64,000 bases of DNA, taken from positions 98,360 to 162,359 of the forward strand of contig NIVC01002547.1 of the NCBI GenBank assembly GCA_002269645.1, given 5' to 3'. This document shows, one piece after another, positions 11,601 to 22,142 of this stretch (positions are counted from its first letter, which is position 1; each line of letters begins with the position of its first letter). Made by a program: the position numbers and the translations under genes. Source of the stretch: Macrostomum lignano. Taxonomy: Eukaryota. Below the pieces are notes generated by a model. The model saw only the letters and a program-made list of their open reading frames with translations, ran no database searches and had not been told where the DNA came from.

Positions 11601-14600
11601 TGTACACCCTGTGTGAGCGTGTCTGTGAGTGCGTGCCTGCTGACTAGAGAGTCGGGGCCGCTGTACACCCCGTGTGAGCGTGTCTGTGAGTGCGTGCCTG
11701 CGCACAATATCTCAGTGTCGCGCATCGACTTATTTATATTAAAAAATACTCGAGTGCACGCTTCTCTCAGAGCGAACCTCAATCAGACTCAGCCAGCACA
11801 GACTCAGTCAGGACAGACTCAGTCAGCACAGACTCAGTCAGCACAGACTCAGCCAGCACAGACTCAGTCAGCACAGACTCACGGGCCTTGACGCTCATGC
11901 AAGCCTCCTCAGTCTCGTCGTCGCCGAGGTCGCAGTCGGCAAGCCCGTCGCACACCTGGTCCATTGAGATGCACCTGCGGGATCCAGGCAAGGAATTTCA
12001 GTCTTGGCATTGCAGTGCTGCGGGCCTCATTAAACTGGAAGCAATTCTGCGCTGTACTTGTGAAATTTCCTGCAGTAGAAGTGGTCGCTCGTGCAGGTGT
12101 CTGCAATGCGACAGCGGTGTGCACTTGCGAGTTCTTGCCGACGAATCAGGTTTACGTCATAGAAGACTCAGCTTGGCGACTCACAGTTCCTGCAGAAGGC
12201 CTCGTCCTCGTCCTCCTTGCCAACGCAGTCGACGAACCCGTCGCAGACCTGCCGCTCCACTACGCAGCTGCGGGCAGGGCGTCCGAGACAAGCATGTTCC
12301 AGCCTCACTCACACAGCCTCACTCACGCAGCCTCACTCACACAGCCTCACTCACACAGCCTCACTCACACAGCCTCACTCACACAGCCTCACTCACACGG
12401 CCTCACTCACACAGCCTCACTCACACAGCCTCACTCACACAGCCTCACTCACACAGCCTCACTCACACAGCCTCACTCACACGGGCCGGTAGCTCAGCAT
12501 GCTCGGGCAGAAAAAGTCCTCATGCCGGTCGCACTTCTCGTGGCCAAACCCCGGCGTCATCGGCGGTCCCTCCTGCGGCTGCGGCAGCTCATCCGAGCAC
12601 TGCCTGAGGCTGCAGTAGCCAAAGACGTTGTTCTTGTTGTCCACCCAGCACCAGGGCTTCGCGTCTCCGTCCGGGTTGCGGCAGAGGCCGTGGCCGCTGA
12701 GACCCGCATTCGGGTAGGTGCTCGGATTGATCAACTGGTTGTCGCCCCACGGCTGGCAGGGCGTGCCTTTGTCGGTTCTGGGGGCGAGGGAGTCCGCTGT
12801 GTGCACTGGCTGTAGCCTGAGATCTGTGTGCTGTAGCCTGAGATCTGTGTGCTGTAGCCTGAGATCTGTGTGCTGTAGCCTGAGATCTGTGTGCTGTAGC
12901 CTGAGATCTGTGTGCTGTAGCCTGAGATCTGTGTGTTTTAGCCTGAGATCTGTGTGCTGTAGCCTGAAGATCTGTGTGCTGTAGCCTGAGATCTGTGTGC
13001 TGTAGCCTGAGATCTGTGTGCTGTAGCCTGAGATCTGTGTGCTGTAGCCTGAGATCTGTGTGTTTTAGCCTGAGATCTGTGTGCTGTAGCCTGAGATCTG
13101 TGTGCTGTAGCCTGAGATCTGTGTGCTGTAGCCTGAGATCTGTGTGTTTTAGCCTGAGATCTGTGTGCTGTAGCCTGAAGATCTGTGTGCTGTAGCCTGA
13201 GATCTGTGTGCTGTAGCCTGAGATCTGTGTGCTGTAGCCTGAGATCTGTGTGCTGTAGCCTGAGATCTGTGTGCTGTAGCCTGAGATCTGTGTGCTGTAG
13301 CCTGAGATCTGTGTGCTGTAGCCTGAGATCTGTGTGCTGTAGCCTGAGATCTGTGTGTTTTAGCCTGAGATCTGTGTGCTGTAGCCTGAAGATCTGTGTG
13401 CTGTAGCCTGAGATCTGTGTGCTGTAGCCTGAAGATCTGTGTGCTGTAGCCTGAGATCTGTGTGCTGTAGCCTGAGATCTGTGTGCTGTAGCCTGAGATC
13501 TGTGTGCTGTAGCCTGAAGATCTGTGTGCTGTAGCCTGAGATCTGTGTGCTGTAGCCTGAGATCTGTGTGCTGTAGCCTGAGATCTGTGTGCTGTAGCCT
13601 GAAGATCTGTGTGCTGTAGCCTGAGATCTGTGTGCTGTAGCCTGAAGATCTGTGTGCTGTAGCCTGAGATCTGTGTGCTGTAGCCTGAGATCTGTGTGCT
13701 GTAGCCTGAGATCTGTGTGCTGTAGCCTGAAGATCTGTGTGCTGTAGCCTGAGATCTGTGTGCTGTAGCCTGAGATCTGTGTGCTGTAGCCTGAGATCTG
13801 TGTGCTGTAACCTGAGATCTGTGTGCTGTAGCCTGAGATCTGTGTGCTGTAGCCTGAGATCTGTGTGCTGTAGCCTGAAGATCTGTGTGCTGTAGCCTGA
13901 GATCTGTGTGCTGTAGCCTGAAGATCTGTGTGCTGTAGCCTGAGATCTGTGTGCTGTAGCCTGAGATCTGTGTGCTGTAGCCTGAGATCTGTGTGCTGTA
14001 GCCTGAAGATCTGTGTGCTGTAGCCTGAGATCTGTGTGCTGTAGCCTGAGATCTGTGTGCTGTAGCCTGAGATCTGTGTGCTGTAACCTGAGATCTGTGT
14101 GCTGTAGCCTGAGATCTGTGTGCTGTAGCCTAAGATCTGTGTGCTGTAGCCTGAGATCTGTGTGCTGTAGCCTGAGATCTGTGTGCTGTAGCCTAAGATC
14201 TGTGTGCTGTAGCCTGAGATCTGTGTGCTGTAGCCTGAGATCTGTGTGCACTGGCTGGATCCTCATCAAAGCGGGGATCCTCATCAAAGCGGGGATCCTC
14301 ATCAAAGCGGGGATCCTCATCAAAGCGGGGATCCTCATCAAAGCGGGGATCCTCATCAAAGCGGGGATCCTCATCAAAGCGGGGATCCTCATCAAAGCGG
14401 GGATCCTCATCAAAGCGGGGATCCTCATCAAAGCGGGGATCCTCATTGTCTCCACCTGGTAGTCGGTGCCGATGCCCTCGTAGCAGTCCGCGCTGGCCAC
14501 CGCCAGCTTCTGGCAGACGAAGGGCAGGCGGGTCTTGCAGCTGATGTTGTCCCACCAGAAGTAGTTCACGTCTACATCCCGTCTGCTGCGCGGATTCTGG

Positions 14601-16499
14601 AACAGCTTCGACATGGCGATGCAGGAGCGCTGCTGTGGATCCCCCGCCGGCCTCTGATCGGTGCCGGGCTCGAACCCCGGGAACCACAGCGGCTGCCGCG
14701 CCATATGGATCGTGTCCACGAAGGTCCAGGACGTGTACTGCGAGCCCACGTCCCTGAAGGAGCCGAACTGACCTCCTGTCCACACCGCGTTGAGTGCTGC
14801 AGGTGGTGCGGTAGGTGGCTTGCAGGCCTGACAGTTCGCAAGTCTGACATTTTGCAAGTCTGACATTTTGTAATTCTGAAAGTTCACAAGTCAGCAAACA
14901 CCTAACACACTCAGCAGTCATCTGACTCAATCAGCAGTCTTCTGACTGAATCATAAATCATCTGACTCAAATACCAATCATCTGACTCAATCCGCTGTCA
15001 TCTGACTCAATCATAAATCATTTGACTCAATCAGCATTCATCTGACTCAATCATCAATCTCTGACTCAATCATCAGTCATCTGACTCAATCAGCAATGAT
15101 CCGACTCAATAAAAATCAATCATTGACTCAATCAGCAGTCATCTGACTCAATCAGCAGTCATCTGACTCAATCATAAATCATCTGACTCAATCAGCAATG
15201 ATCCGACTCAATAAAAATCAATCATTGACTCAATCAGCAGTCATCTGACTCAATCAGCAGTCATCTGACTCAATCAGCAATGATCCGACTCAATAAAAAT
15301 CAATCATTGACTCAATCAGCAGTCATCTGACTCAATCAGCAGTCATCTGACTCAATCATAAATCATCTGACTCAATCAGCAATGATCCGACTCAATAAAA
15401 ATCAATCATTGACTCAATCAGCAGTCATCTGACTCACTCAGCAGTCATCTGACTCAATCATAAATCATCTGTCTCAATCAGAAGTCATCTGACTCAATCA
15501 GAAGTCATCTGACTCAAAAAGCAGTCATCTGACTCAATCCGCTGTCATCTGACTCAATCCGCTGTCATCTGACTCAATCAGAAGTCATCTGACTCAATCA
15601 GAAGTCATCTGACTCAATCCGCTGTCATCTGACTCAATCAGAAGTCATCTGACTCAATCAGAAGTCATCTGACTCAATCAGCAGTCATCTGACTCAATCA
15701 GCAGTCATCTGACTCAATCAGCAGTCACTGACCACATCGAACTGACTCACATCTGAACTTGGTGTACAGCATGTTGGTAATGTAGTTGCCCTCCTCCAAG
15801 GAGTTCACCGACACCAGCTTGGCACCCTTGGCCTGGCAGGCGGTGGCGGCCTCGGTAGCAGTCTTAGGCTCGGTCTCCAGCCGGTAGCAGAGGCCGTCGA
15901 AGCTGGACCAGCCCCAGTCGCAGCCTGCGTTGGGAGACAATGCGATGTCTTCATTTATGAATTGTGAGCTACTAAAGTGCTACTACTACTAAAGAAATCA
16001 GGTGACTCGAACGAAAGGCAAAGAGAGAGGAAAAGTAAGGGCAGAGCAGGAAGGGCAAGGCAGAAGGGATTGAGAGATGATTACGTAAACAAGAGAAAAT
16101 ACAAGAAGAGTGGGAGAGGAATTGGAGGGGAAGGAAAGCGAGAGTCAGGAGAGGAAGAGACAGGAAAGGGAGAGAGGAGAAGGAGAAGAAGGAAAGGGAG
16201 AGTGAGGAGAGGGAGAGGAAGGAAAGGGAGAGTCAGGAGAGGAAGAGACAGGAAAGGGAGAGAGGAGAAGGAGAAGAAGGAAAGGGAGAGTGAGGAGAGG
16301 GAGAGGAAGGAAAGGGAGAGTGAGGAGAGGAAGAGACAGGAAAGGGAGAGAGGAGAAGGAGAAGAAGGAAAGGGAGAGTGAGGAGAGGGAGAGGAAGGAA
16401 AGGGAGAGTGAGGAGAGGAAGAGAGAGGAAAGTAGAGTAAGGAGAGAGAGAGGAAGGAAAGGGAGAGAGGAGAGGAAGAGGAAAGAAAGGTGGAGAGAT

Positions 16500-16531
<32 letters not shown>

Positions 16532-16660
16532 AAGGAAGGGAGAGTGAGGAGAGAGAGAGGAAGGAAAGGGAGAGAGGAGAGGAAGAGGAAGGAAGGGAGA
16601 GTGAGGAGAGAGAGAGGAAGGAAAGGGAGAGAGGAGAGGAAGAGGAAAGAAAGGTGGAGA

Positions 16661-16724
<64 letters not shown>

Positions 16725-18462
16725 GGGAGAGAGGAGAGGAAGAGGAAGGAAGGGAGAGTGAGGAGAGAGAGAGGAAGGAAAGGGATAGAGGAGAGAGAGA
16801 GGAAGGAAAGGGAGAGAGGAGAGAGAGAGGAAGGAAAGGGAGAGAGGAGAGAGAGAGGAAGGAAAGGGAGAGAGGAGAGAGAGAGGAAGGAAAGGGAGAG
16901 AGGAGAGAGAGAGGAAGGAAAGGGAGAGAGGAGAGAGAGGGGAAGGAAGGGAGAGAGAGGAGAGAGAGGGAGTGTGAGCAAGAAGGGCAGCAGAGGAAGC
17001 ATTCAGCCAGAGCCACACCGGTGTTGTAGATGCACTCGATCCCGGTGGTGGAGTTCAGGTCGCAGGGTGGCATCAGCTTCCGGTTGCAGTCGAACAGCGT
17101 CAGCTCGTCGCCGTCGTGCTTGCACTGCACGTGGCCCACGATGATGTCCTGCCGCTTGTAGTGGCCGGTGCCGTAGTACGAGTTCTTGTACACCCGGTTG
17201 GCTCCGCTGCGGGCCGAGTTCAGTTTGAACTCTCGTGCTGCCCGCTTTTTCCCCTTCACAAACCGGCTCTCACCCCATCTACTCTCACCCTATCTACTCT
17301 CACCCCATCTACTCTTACCCTATCTACTCTCACCCCATCTACTCTCACTCCATCTACTCTCACCCCATCTACTCTCACCCCATCTACTCTCACCCCATCT
17401 ACTCTCACTCCATCTACTCTCACTCCATCTACTCTCACCCCATCTACTCTCACCCCATCTACTCTCACCCCATCTACTCTCACCCCATCTACTCTCACCC
17501 CATCTACTCTCACCCCATCTACTCTCACCCCATCTACTCTCACCCCATCTCACCTCACCTGCTCTCACCCCATCTACTCTCACCCCTTCTACTCTCAACC
17601 CATCTACTCTCACCCTATCGAATCTCGCCATATCGACTCTCACGTATCAAATCTCGCCCTATCAAATCTCGACCTATCGAATTTCACCTATCGAATCTCA
17701 CCCTATCGAATCTCACCCTATCGAATCTCACCTATCGAATCTCACCTATCGAATCTCACCCCAGGCAGGCCCTGTTCCCAGCTCACAGCTCGAAGCCCAG
17801 CTGGTGGCAGACCAGCGTGGCCTCAATCTGCTGCACGTAGTCACCGCAGACGAGCCCCCAGACGCCGTGGTAGTTGACCTCGACGCGGCCCTCGTTGGGG
17901 TTCATCTTCATCAGGTCGCCGCGGATTCGCACGATCTGCGGCGTCGGGGGCACCCCGCCGGTGCGGTGGCGGCTCAGCTCGTCCGGCTTTGAGTCCGGCG
18001 AGGTGCGCGGATAGCCGGGCTGCGGTTCGGGGTTCGAGTCGCCGAACAGGCGCAGCGGGATGAAGGGGCTGGTGGCCTCGCGTCTGCTGCGCGCGTGCCG
18101 CGAGCCCTCGACTGCGGGGCCGGGTGGGATGGTTACGTTGAGCAGAGACGCTCCTCATCACAGGAACTACTCACAGTAGTAGTTGTGACTCAACAGAAAT
18201 TTTATTTGTGTTCTGATATGAATTTTTCATTATTCACAATGTTGAACATTTTTTACTCTTTTTTAGCCTTGCTTACAGGTGAAAGCAAGCAAAAGCAAGT
18301 TAGAAAAGTTGCAAAATTTAATAACAAAGGTTTGCCTGCTCAAGTCAAGAGCAACTCACGAGTCTTGACCGCTGCCCCCGTCAGGCTGAGGCCCGCCGCC
18401 CGGCTCGCAAGCAGCGGCGCCAGCAGCAGCAGCGGTAGTAGAAGCGACAGCTGGGTTGCCAT
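5674..18462 (-). CDS. Secreted modular trypsin-like serine protease (SP-SRCR-CTL-kringle-LDLa-LDLa-PAN-LDLa-SRCR-LDLa-SRCR-trypsin), Tequila/GRAAL-like; 19 exons
   Basis: Hand-spliced exons (minus): 18360-18462, 17787-18111, 17019-17206, 15751-15924, 14456-14796, 12481-12777 (start uncertain), 12185-12267, 12058-12100, 11883-11974, 11170-11279, 10920-11091, 10317-10439, 9083-9424, 8846-8959, 7587-7933, 7058-7292, 6695-6978, 6271-6515, 5674-5801. GT-AG junctions are phase-compatible except at the kringle junction. Motifs: signal peptide [14 protein letters not shown]; SRCR EGRVEV..WGLVC; kringle [12 protein letters not shown]; LDLa CDG..DC....DE; catalytic triad SAAHC / DFDISLL / GDSGGP; S1 Asp in GIDACQG. 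Two apparent 1-nt deletions (C-runs 7794-7798 and 6291-6295). Confidence 0.9.
6079..6290. repeat. 31-bp minisatellite containing the exon-18 end and GTGAGT donor, 7 copies
   Basis: Plus-strand unit CAGCGGCCCCCTACTCACCCTCCCCACTCCT. Confidence 0.93.
7979..8855. repeat. Compound intronic array: 38-bp unit, then 32-bp unit that includes the exon-14 donor
   Basis: CACTCAGGACACCTGTACCTGCAGCCCCTGCCACTCAT to about 8690, then CACTCAGGATGTCCGTCAGTCCCCCTGGTACT. Confidence 0.95.
9461..10289. repeat. 33-bp intronic minisatellite
   Basis: Unit GGCGGCATCTCAGACTGGGAGAGACCGAGTTCT, about 25 copies. Confidence 0.96.
10481..10830. repeat. 32-bp intronic minisatellite
   Basis: Unit GCTAACAATAAACTGTCACTGCCTGAGATCCA, about 11 copies. 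Confidence 0.95.
11348..11746 (+). mobile_element. Degenerate SINE-like element whose central part is amplified as a 61-bp tandem repeat (about 4 copies)
   Basis: Shares CCAACCCCCAAGG, GTGTACATGCCT and GGGCCGCTGTACAC with the SINE at 1089-1450. G-rich 5' end and A-rich 3' end; no clear TSD. Confidence 0.55.
11783..11880. repeat. 15-bp repeat abutting the exon-9 donor
   Basis: Unit CAGACTCAGTCAGCA. Confidence 0.9.
12299..12481. repeat. 14-bp repeat made of the exon-6 donor sequence
   Basis: Plus unit CAGCCTCACTCACA; minus strand reads GTGTGAGTGAGGCT. Confidence 0.93.
12797..14256. repeat. 21/22-bp intronic minisatellite, about 1.45 kb
   Basis: Unit CTGTAGCCTGAGATCTGTGTG; CTGTGTGCACTGGCTG is present at both ends. 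Confidence 0.97.
14257..14447. repeat. 18-bp repeat next to the exon-5 end
   Basis: Unit GGATCCTCATCAAAGCGG, about 10 copies. Confidence 0.95.
14913..15750. repeat. About 20-bp intronic minisatellite
   Basis: Unit AATCAGCAGTCATCTGACTC with variants. Confidence 0.95.
16100..16975. repeat. Polypurine/(GA)n complex microsatellite
   Basis: Almost exclusively A/G on the plus strand; pure (GA)n at about 16662-16720. Confidence 0.95.
17268..17762. repeat. 15-bp intronic minisatellite, two unit types
   Basis: CTACTCTCACCCCAT, then ATCGAATCTCACCCT. Confidence 0.93.
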
Positions 18463-19059
18463 GGTGACTGCGATTTTGAAGGAAAGTTCAAGCCGGTGGT
18501 CAGAATTTCAAGGCCAGAACAGACAAGGCCAGAGTTTCGGGGCCTCGGCCGGACAACCTGGGCCTGCCGCCGCCTTTTATCTCGGCGCCTTCTGGCCCGC
18601 ATTAAGCCTCATCCATTCAGCCTCCCGACGCGGCTGATGAAGGGCCGGTGTCCTCACCTGCCCCCGCAGCCTGTCATCGCCGAATCCCGGGGCACCGACG
18701 GTCAGGTGGGCAGCGGTGATTTCTCACCTCCAGGCCAGCAGCCGAATTGATAAGAGAGCCAAGAAAAATCGCCCGCCCGCCCTGACCGCGCGGCCCCAAT
18801 TAAAATATTTGCTCAGCTTTGCGAATTTATCTTATGCAGCGCGCACATTGCTACTGATTGGCGATAGACAGTAGTGTACAATGGTTGCAAATTTCACGAC
18901 ACAAGGAGTTTACCGTTGGCTTTGAATCGGAGGCAATACGAAGCTCGCTATGGTGTTTTTCTGAGCTGAAATCGGAGATCAATCAGGTAAAAATGTAAAA
19001 TCCTCATGGGGATGCTGGAATGGCTTTGAATAAGCTGGTACGAGCGCACACATTCGGAC

Positions 19060-19330
19060 AGTGCTGCTGCCTCACCAGTTGCCATGGAGAGTCGCCAATA
19101 ACTGTTCGGCAGGCCACGGTATACCGGAGATGAACCGGTGCTGGTGCGGAAGCGCGGGCGCCCCCCCCCCCCAACAGGCTGGGCGGTTGCTGACGAGCCC
19201 GGACTGAAACCCAAGACCTGCTGTTGGCGGCAGAGGCCCCTCAGAAGTGGCAGGTTTATGATGGGCGGCCACCGACACCAACGCGGTGTCGGGTTTCACC
19301 ATTTTATAGCCGCGGCCGCCGCGCTCTCCC
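19060..19330 (+). mobile_element. Decayed RTE-like LINE 3' fragment
   Basis: Translation SRQ*LFGRPRYTGDEPVLVRKRGRPPPPTGW..DEPGL resembles the RTE C-terminal R.L...GH..R....R.RGRP..TW..D.GL region. Confidence 0.4.
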
Positions 19331-19529
19331 CGCTCCTTCCGGCCGCCGGAATCCCACTGAGGATCTCGGGCGCGAGCCGCGGCCACCCCATCACTGCACA
19401 AAGCAGATTCGGCAAGAAGCCAAATTACTGAAATCCGAGCTCGAGGGTTTTTCCTATTCAGCTTTTTGTTGCTCCGCTCATTGATAAATATTTATGGCTG
19501 CGCCTGGCGACTCCGCCCTCAGCTATTGA

Positions 19530-19945
19530 GACAAGGAGTGCCAGACAAGGAGTGCCAGGCAAGGAGTGCCAGGCAAGGAGTGCCAGGCAAGGAGTGCCAG
19601 GCAAGGAGTGCCAGGCAAGGAGTGCCAGGCAAGGAGTGCCAGACAAGGAGTGCCAGACAAGGAGTGCCAGACAAGGAGTGCCAAACAAGGAGTGCCAGAC
19701 AAGGAGTGCCAGACAAGGAGTGCCAGACAAGGAGTGCCAGGCAAGGAGTGCCAGGCAAGGAGTGCCAGGCAAGGAGTGCCAGACAAGGAGTGCCAGACAA
19801 GGAGTGCCAAACAAGGGGTGCCAGACAAGGAGTGTCAGACAAGGAGTGCCAGACAAGGAGTGCCAGACAAGGAGTGCCAGACAAGGAGTACTAGACAAAA
19901 ACTACTAGACAAGGAGTGTCAAGGAGTGTCAGACAAAAAGTGTCA
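19530..19945. repeat. 14-bp minisatellite
   Basis: Unit CAAGGAGTGCCAG(A/G). Confidence 0.96.
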
Positions 19946-20750
19946 GACAAGGAGTCATTTTTCACTTGCAAAAGTACCAAGAGCGCAGTTTGGGATCACA
20001 ACTTTGACCATTCAAATAAAAAGATCACGCCAGAGAATTCAGACAGTCCGCGGCAAGACAATCATTTCGGGGACCTGTTCTGAGAACGCGGCTACTCGCC
20101 AACAAAACGGGGCGCATTCAGAGCCGGGTGCTTTACCGCAGCTAATTAAAAAGTTGGCAGAGGTTGCCGAGGCCCCAGACTCCATGCAGTCCGCAGGGGG
20201 AGTCGCGTGCGGCTCCTCAAGCGCGGCGCTGCCGGCCCCAATTTGGCACAGAGCCGGCCGCCTCATCTGCCCCCCCCAAGGATAAGAAGCCAGAAGCAAA
20301 ATAACGAGGCCTGGGATAACACACGCGACTGGTGCCTTGATGGACGGGCCGGGCTGAGAGCCCCGCGGGAGGTTTTGAGTCGGGGTCGCCGGGTGAGATT
20401 TTGGGAGATAAAAAAACCGCCGGGCCACGAGACCCCGGCTTGGCTGGCTGCCAGCAATTTCTCATAGAATTCTAAATATTTATGGCGGCATGTGTGCCGG
20501 CCCGCATTGGCGGCGAGACCCCGGCCGCCCCGCCCAGGCGGCCTCAATGCCGCAAGCTGAGCAAACAGTTGGGGCGGGGGCCCCGGATACTCGGGCTTGC
20601 GAAATCCCCATTCAGCCCGTTTAGCCTCCCATCCACAGTGGCCCCTGCCTGAGTCGTTGTCAAATTAATTTCTCCCATTTGAATAATTTCTCTGCTTTTC
20701 TTCATGAAGCCAATCTGCCTCGCAATATCCTTGAACTATCCTACAGATTT

Positions 20751-21930
20751 TGGGATCTGCAGATTGAACTGGGATCTGTAGATTCAATTGGGATCTGTAG
20801 ATTGAACTGGGATCTGTAGATTGAACTGGGATCTGTAGATTCAATTGGGATCTGTAGATTGAACTGGGATCTGTAGATTGAACTGGGATCTGCAGATTGA
20901 ACTGGGATCTGTAGATTGAACTGGGATCTGTAGATTGAACTGGGATCTGTAGATTGAACTGGGATCTGCAGATTGAACTGGGATCTGTAGATTGAACTGG
21001 GATTTGTAGATTGAACTGGGATCTGTAGATTGAACTGGGATCTGTAGATTGAATTGGGATCCGTAGATTGAATTGGGATCTGTAGATTGAATTGGGATCT
21101 GTAGATTGAACTGGGATCTGTAGATTGAACTGGGATCTGTAGATTGAACTGGGATCTGTAGATTGAATTGGGATCTGTAGATTGAATTGGGATCCGTAGA
21201 TTGAACTGGGATCTGTAGATTGAATTGGGATCTTTAGATTGAACTGGGATCTGTAGATTGAACTGGGATCTGTAGATTGAACTGGGATCTGTAGATTGAA
21301 TTGGGATCCGTAGATTGAATTGGGATCTGTAGATTGAATTGGGATCTGTAGATTGAACTGGGATCTGTAGATTGAATTGGGATCCGTAGATTGAATTGGG
21401 ATCTGTAGATTGAACTGGGATCTGTAGATTGAACTGGGATCCGTAGATTGAATTGGGATCTGTAGATTGAACTGGGATCTGTAGATTGAATTGGGATCTG
21501 TAGATTGAATTGGGATCTGTAGATTGAATTGGGATCTGTAGATTGAACTGGGATCTGTAGATTGAATTGGGATCTGTAGATTGAACTGGGATCTGTAGAT
21601 TGAACTGGGATCTGTAGATTGAACTGGGATCTGTAGATTGAATTGAGATCTGTAGATTGAACTGAGATCTGTAGATTGAACTGGGATCTGTAGATTGAAT
21701 TGAGATCTGTAGATTGAACTGGGATCTGTAGATTGAACTGGGATCTGTAGATTGAATTGGGATCTGTAGATTGAATTGGGATCTGTAGATTGAACTGGGA
21801 TCTGCAGATTGAATTGGGATCTGTAGATTGAACTGGGATCTGTAGATTGAACTGGGATCTGTAGATTGAACTGGGATCTGTAGATTGAACTGGGATCTGT
21901 AGATTGAACTGGGATCTGTAGATTGAATTG
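20751..21930. repeat. 19-bp minisatellite, about 60 copies
   Basis: Unit GGGATCTGTAGATTGAA(C/T)T. Confidence 0.97.
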
Positions 21931-22142
21931 GCATCCCCAGACATGAAGCACTGCATGCCAGCAGCCCCCCACAGGTGTCATGCGATGCTTGGCAGCGGCA
22001 GCTGAGGCTCAGCCAGCAAATAAATTTTATGACGCGATGAGTTTCCGTTTCGGTAGGAAATGGCGCTGGCAGCCCCGGCAGGGGTTTCCCGTGCCCCGCT
22101 GACCCAGCTGACCCAGCTGACCCAGTTCTCGGCTGCCGCGGC

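Noticed and set aside
12938-14887. 649-aa ORF as a single exon
   Set aside because: Only 14456-14796 is coding (CTL/kringle); the rest translates the 18- and 21-bp arrays.
16081-17018. Leu/Ser-rich and Arg/Glu-rich ORFs
   Set aside because: Translations of the polypurine microsatellite.
18175-18188. 14-nt micro-exon (AG|TCACAACTACTACT|GTGAGT) in protease intron 1
   Set aside because: Inclusion breaks the phase-1 join between exons 1 and 2.
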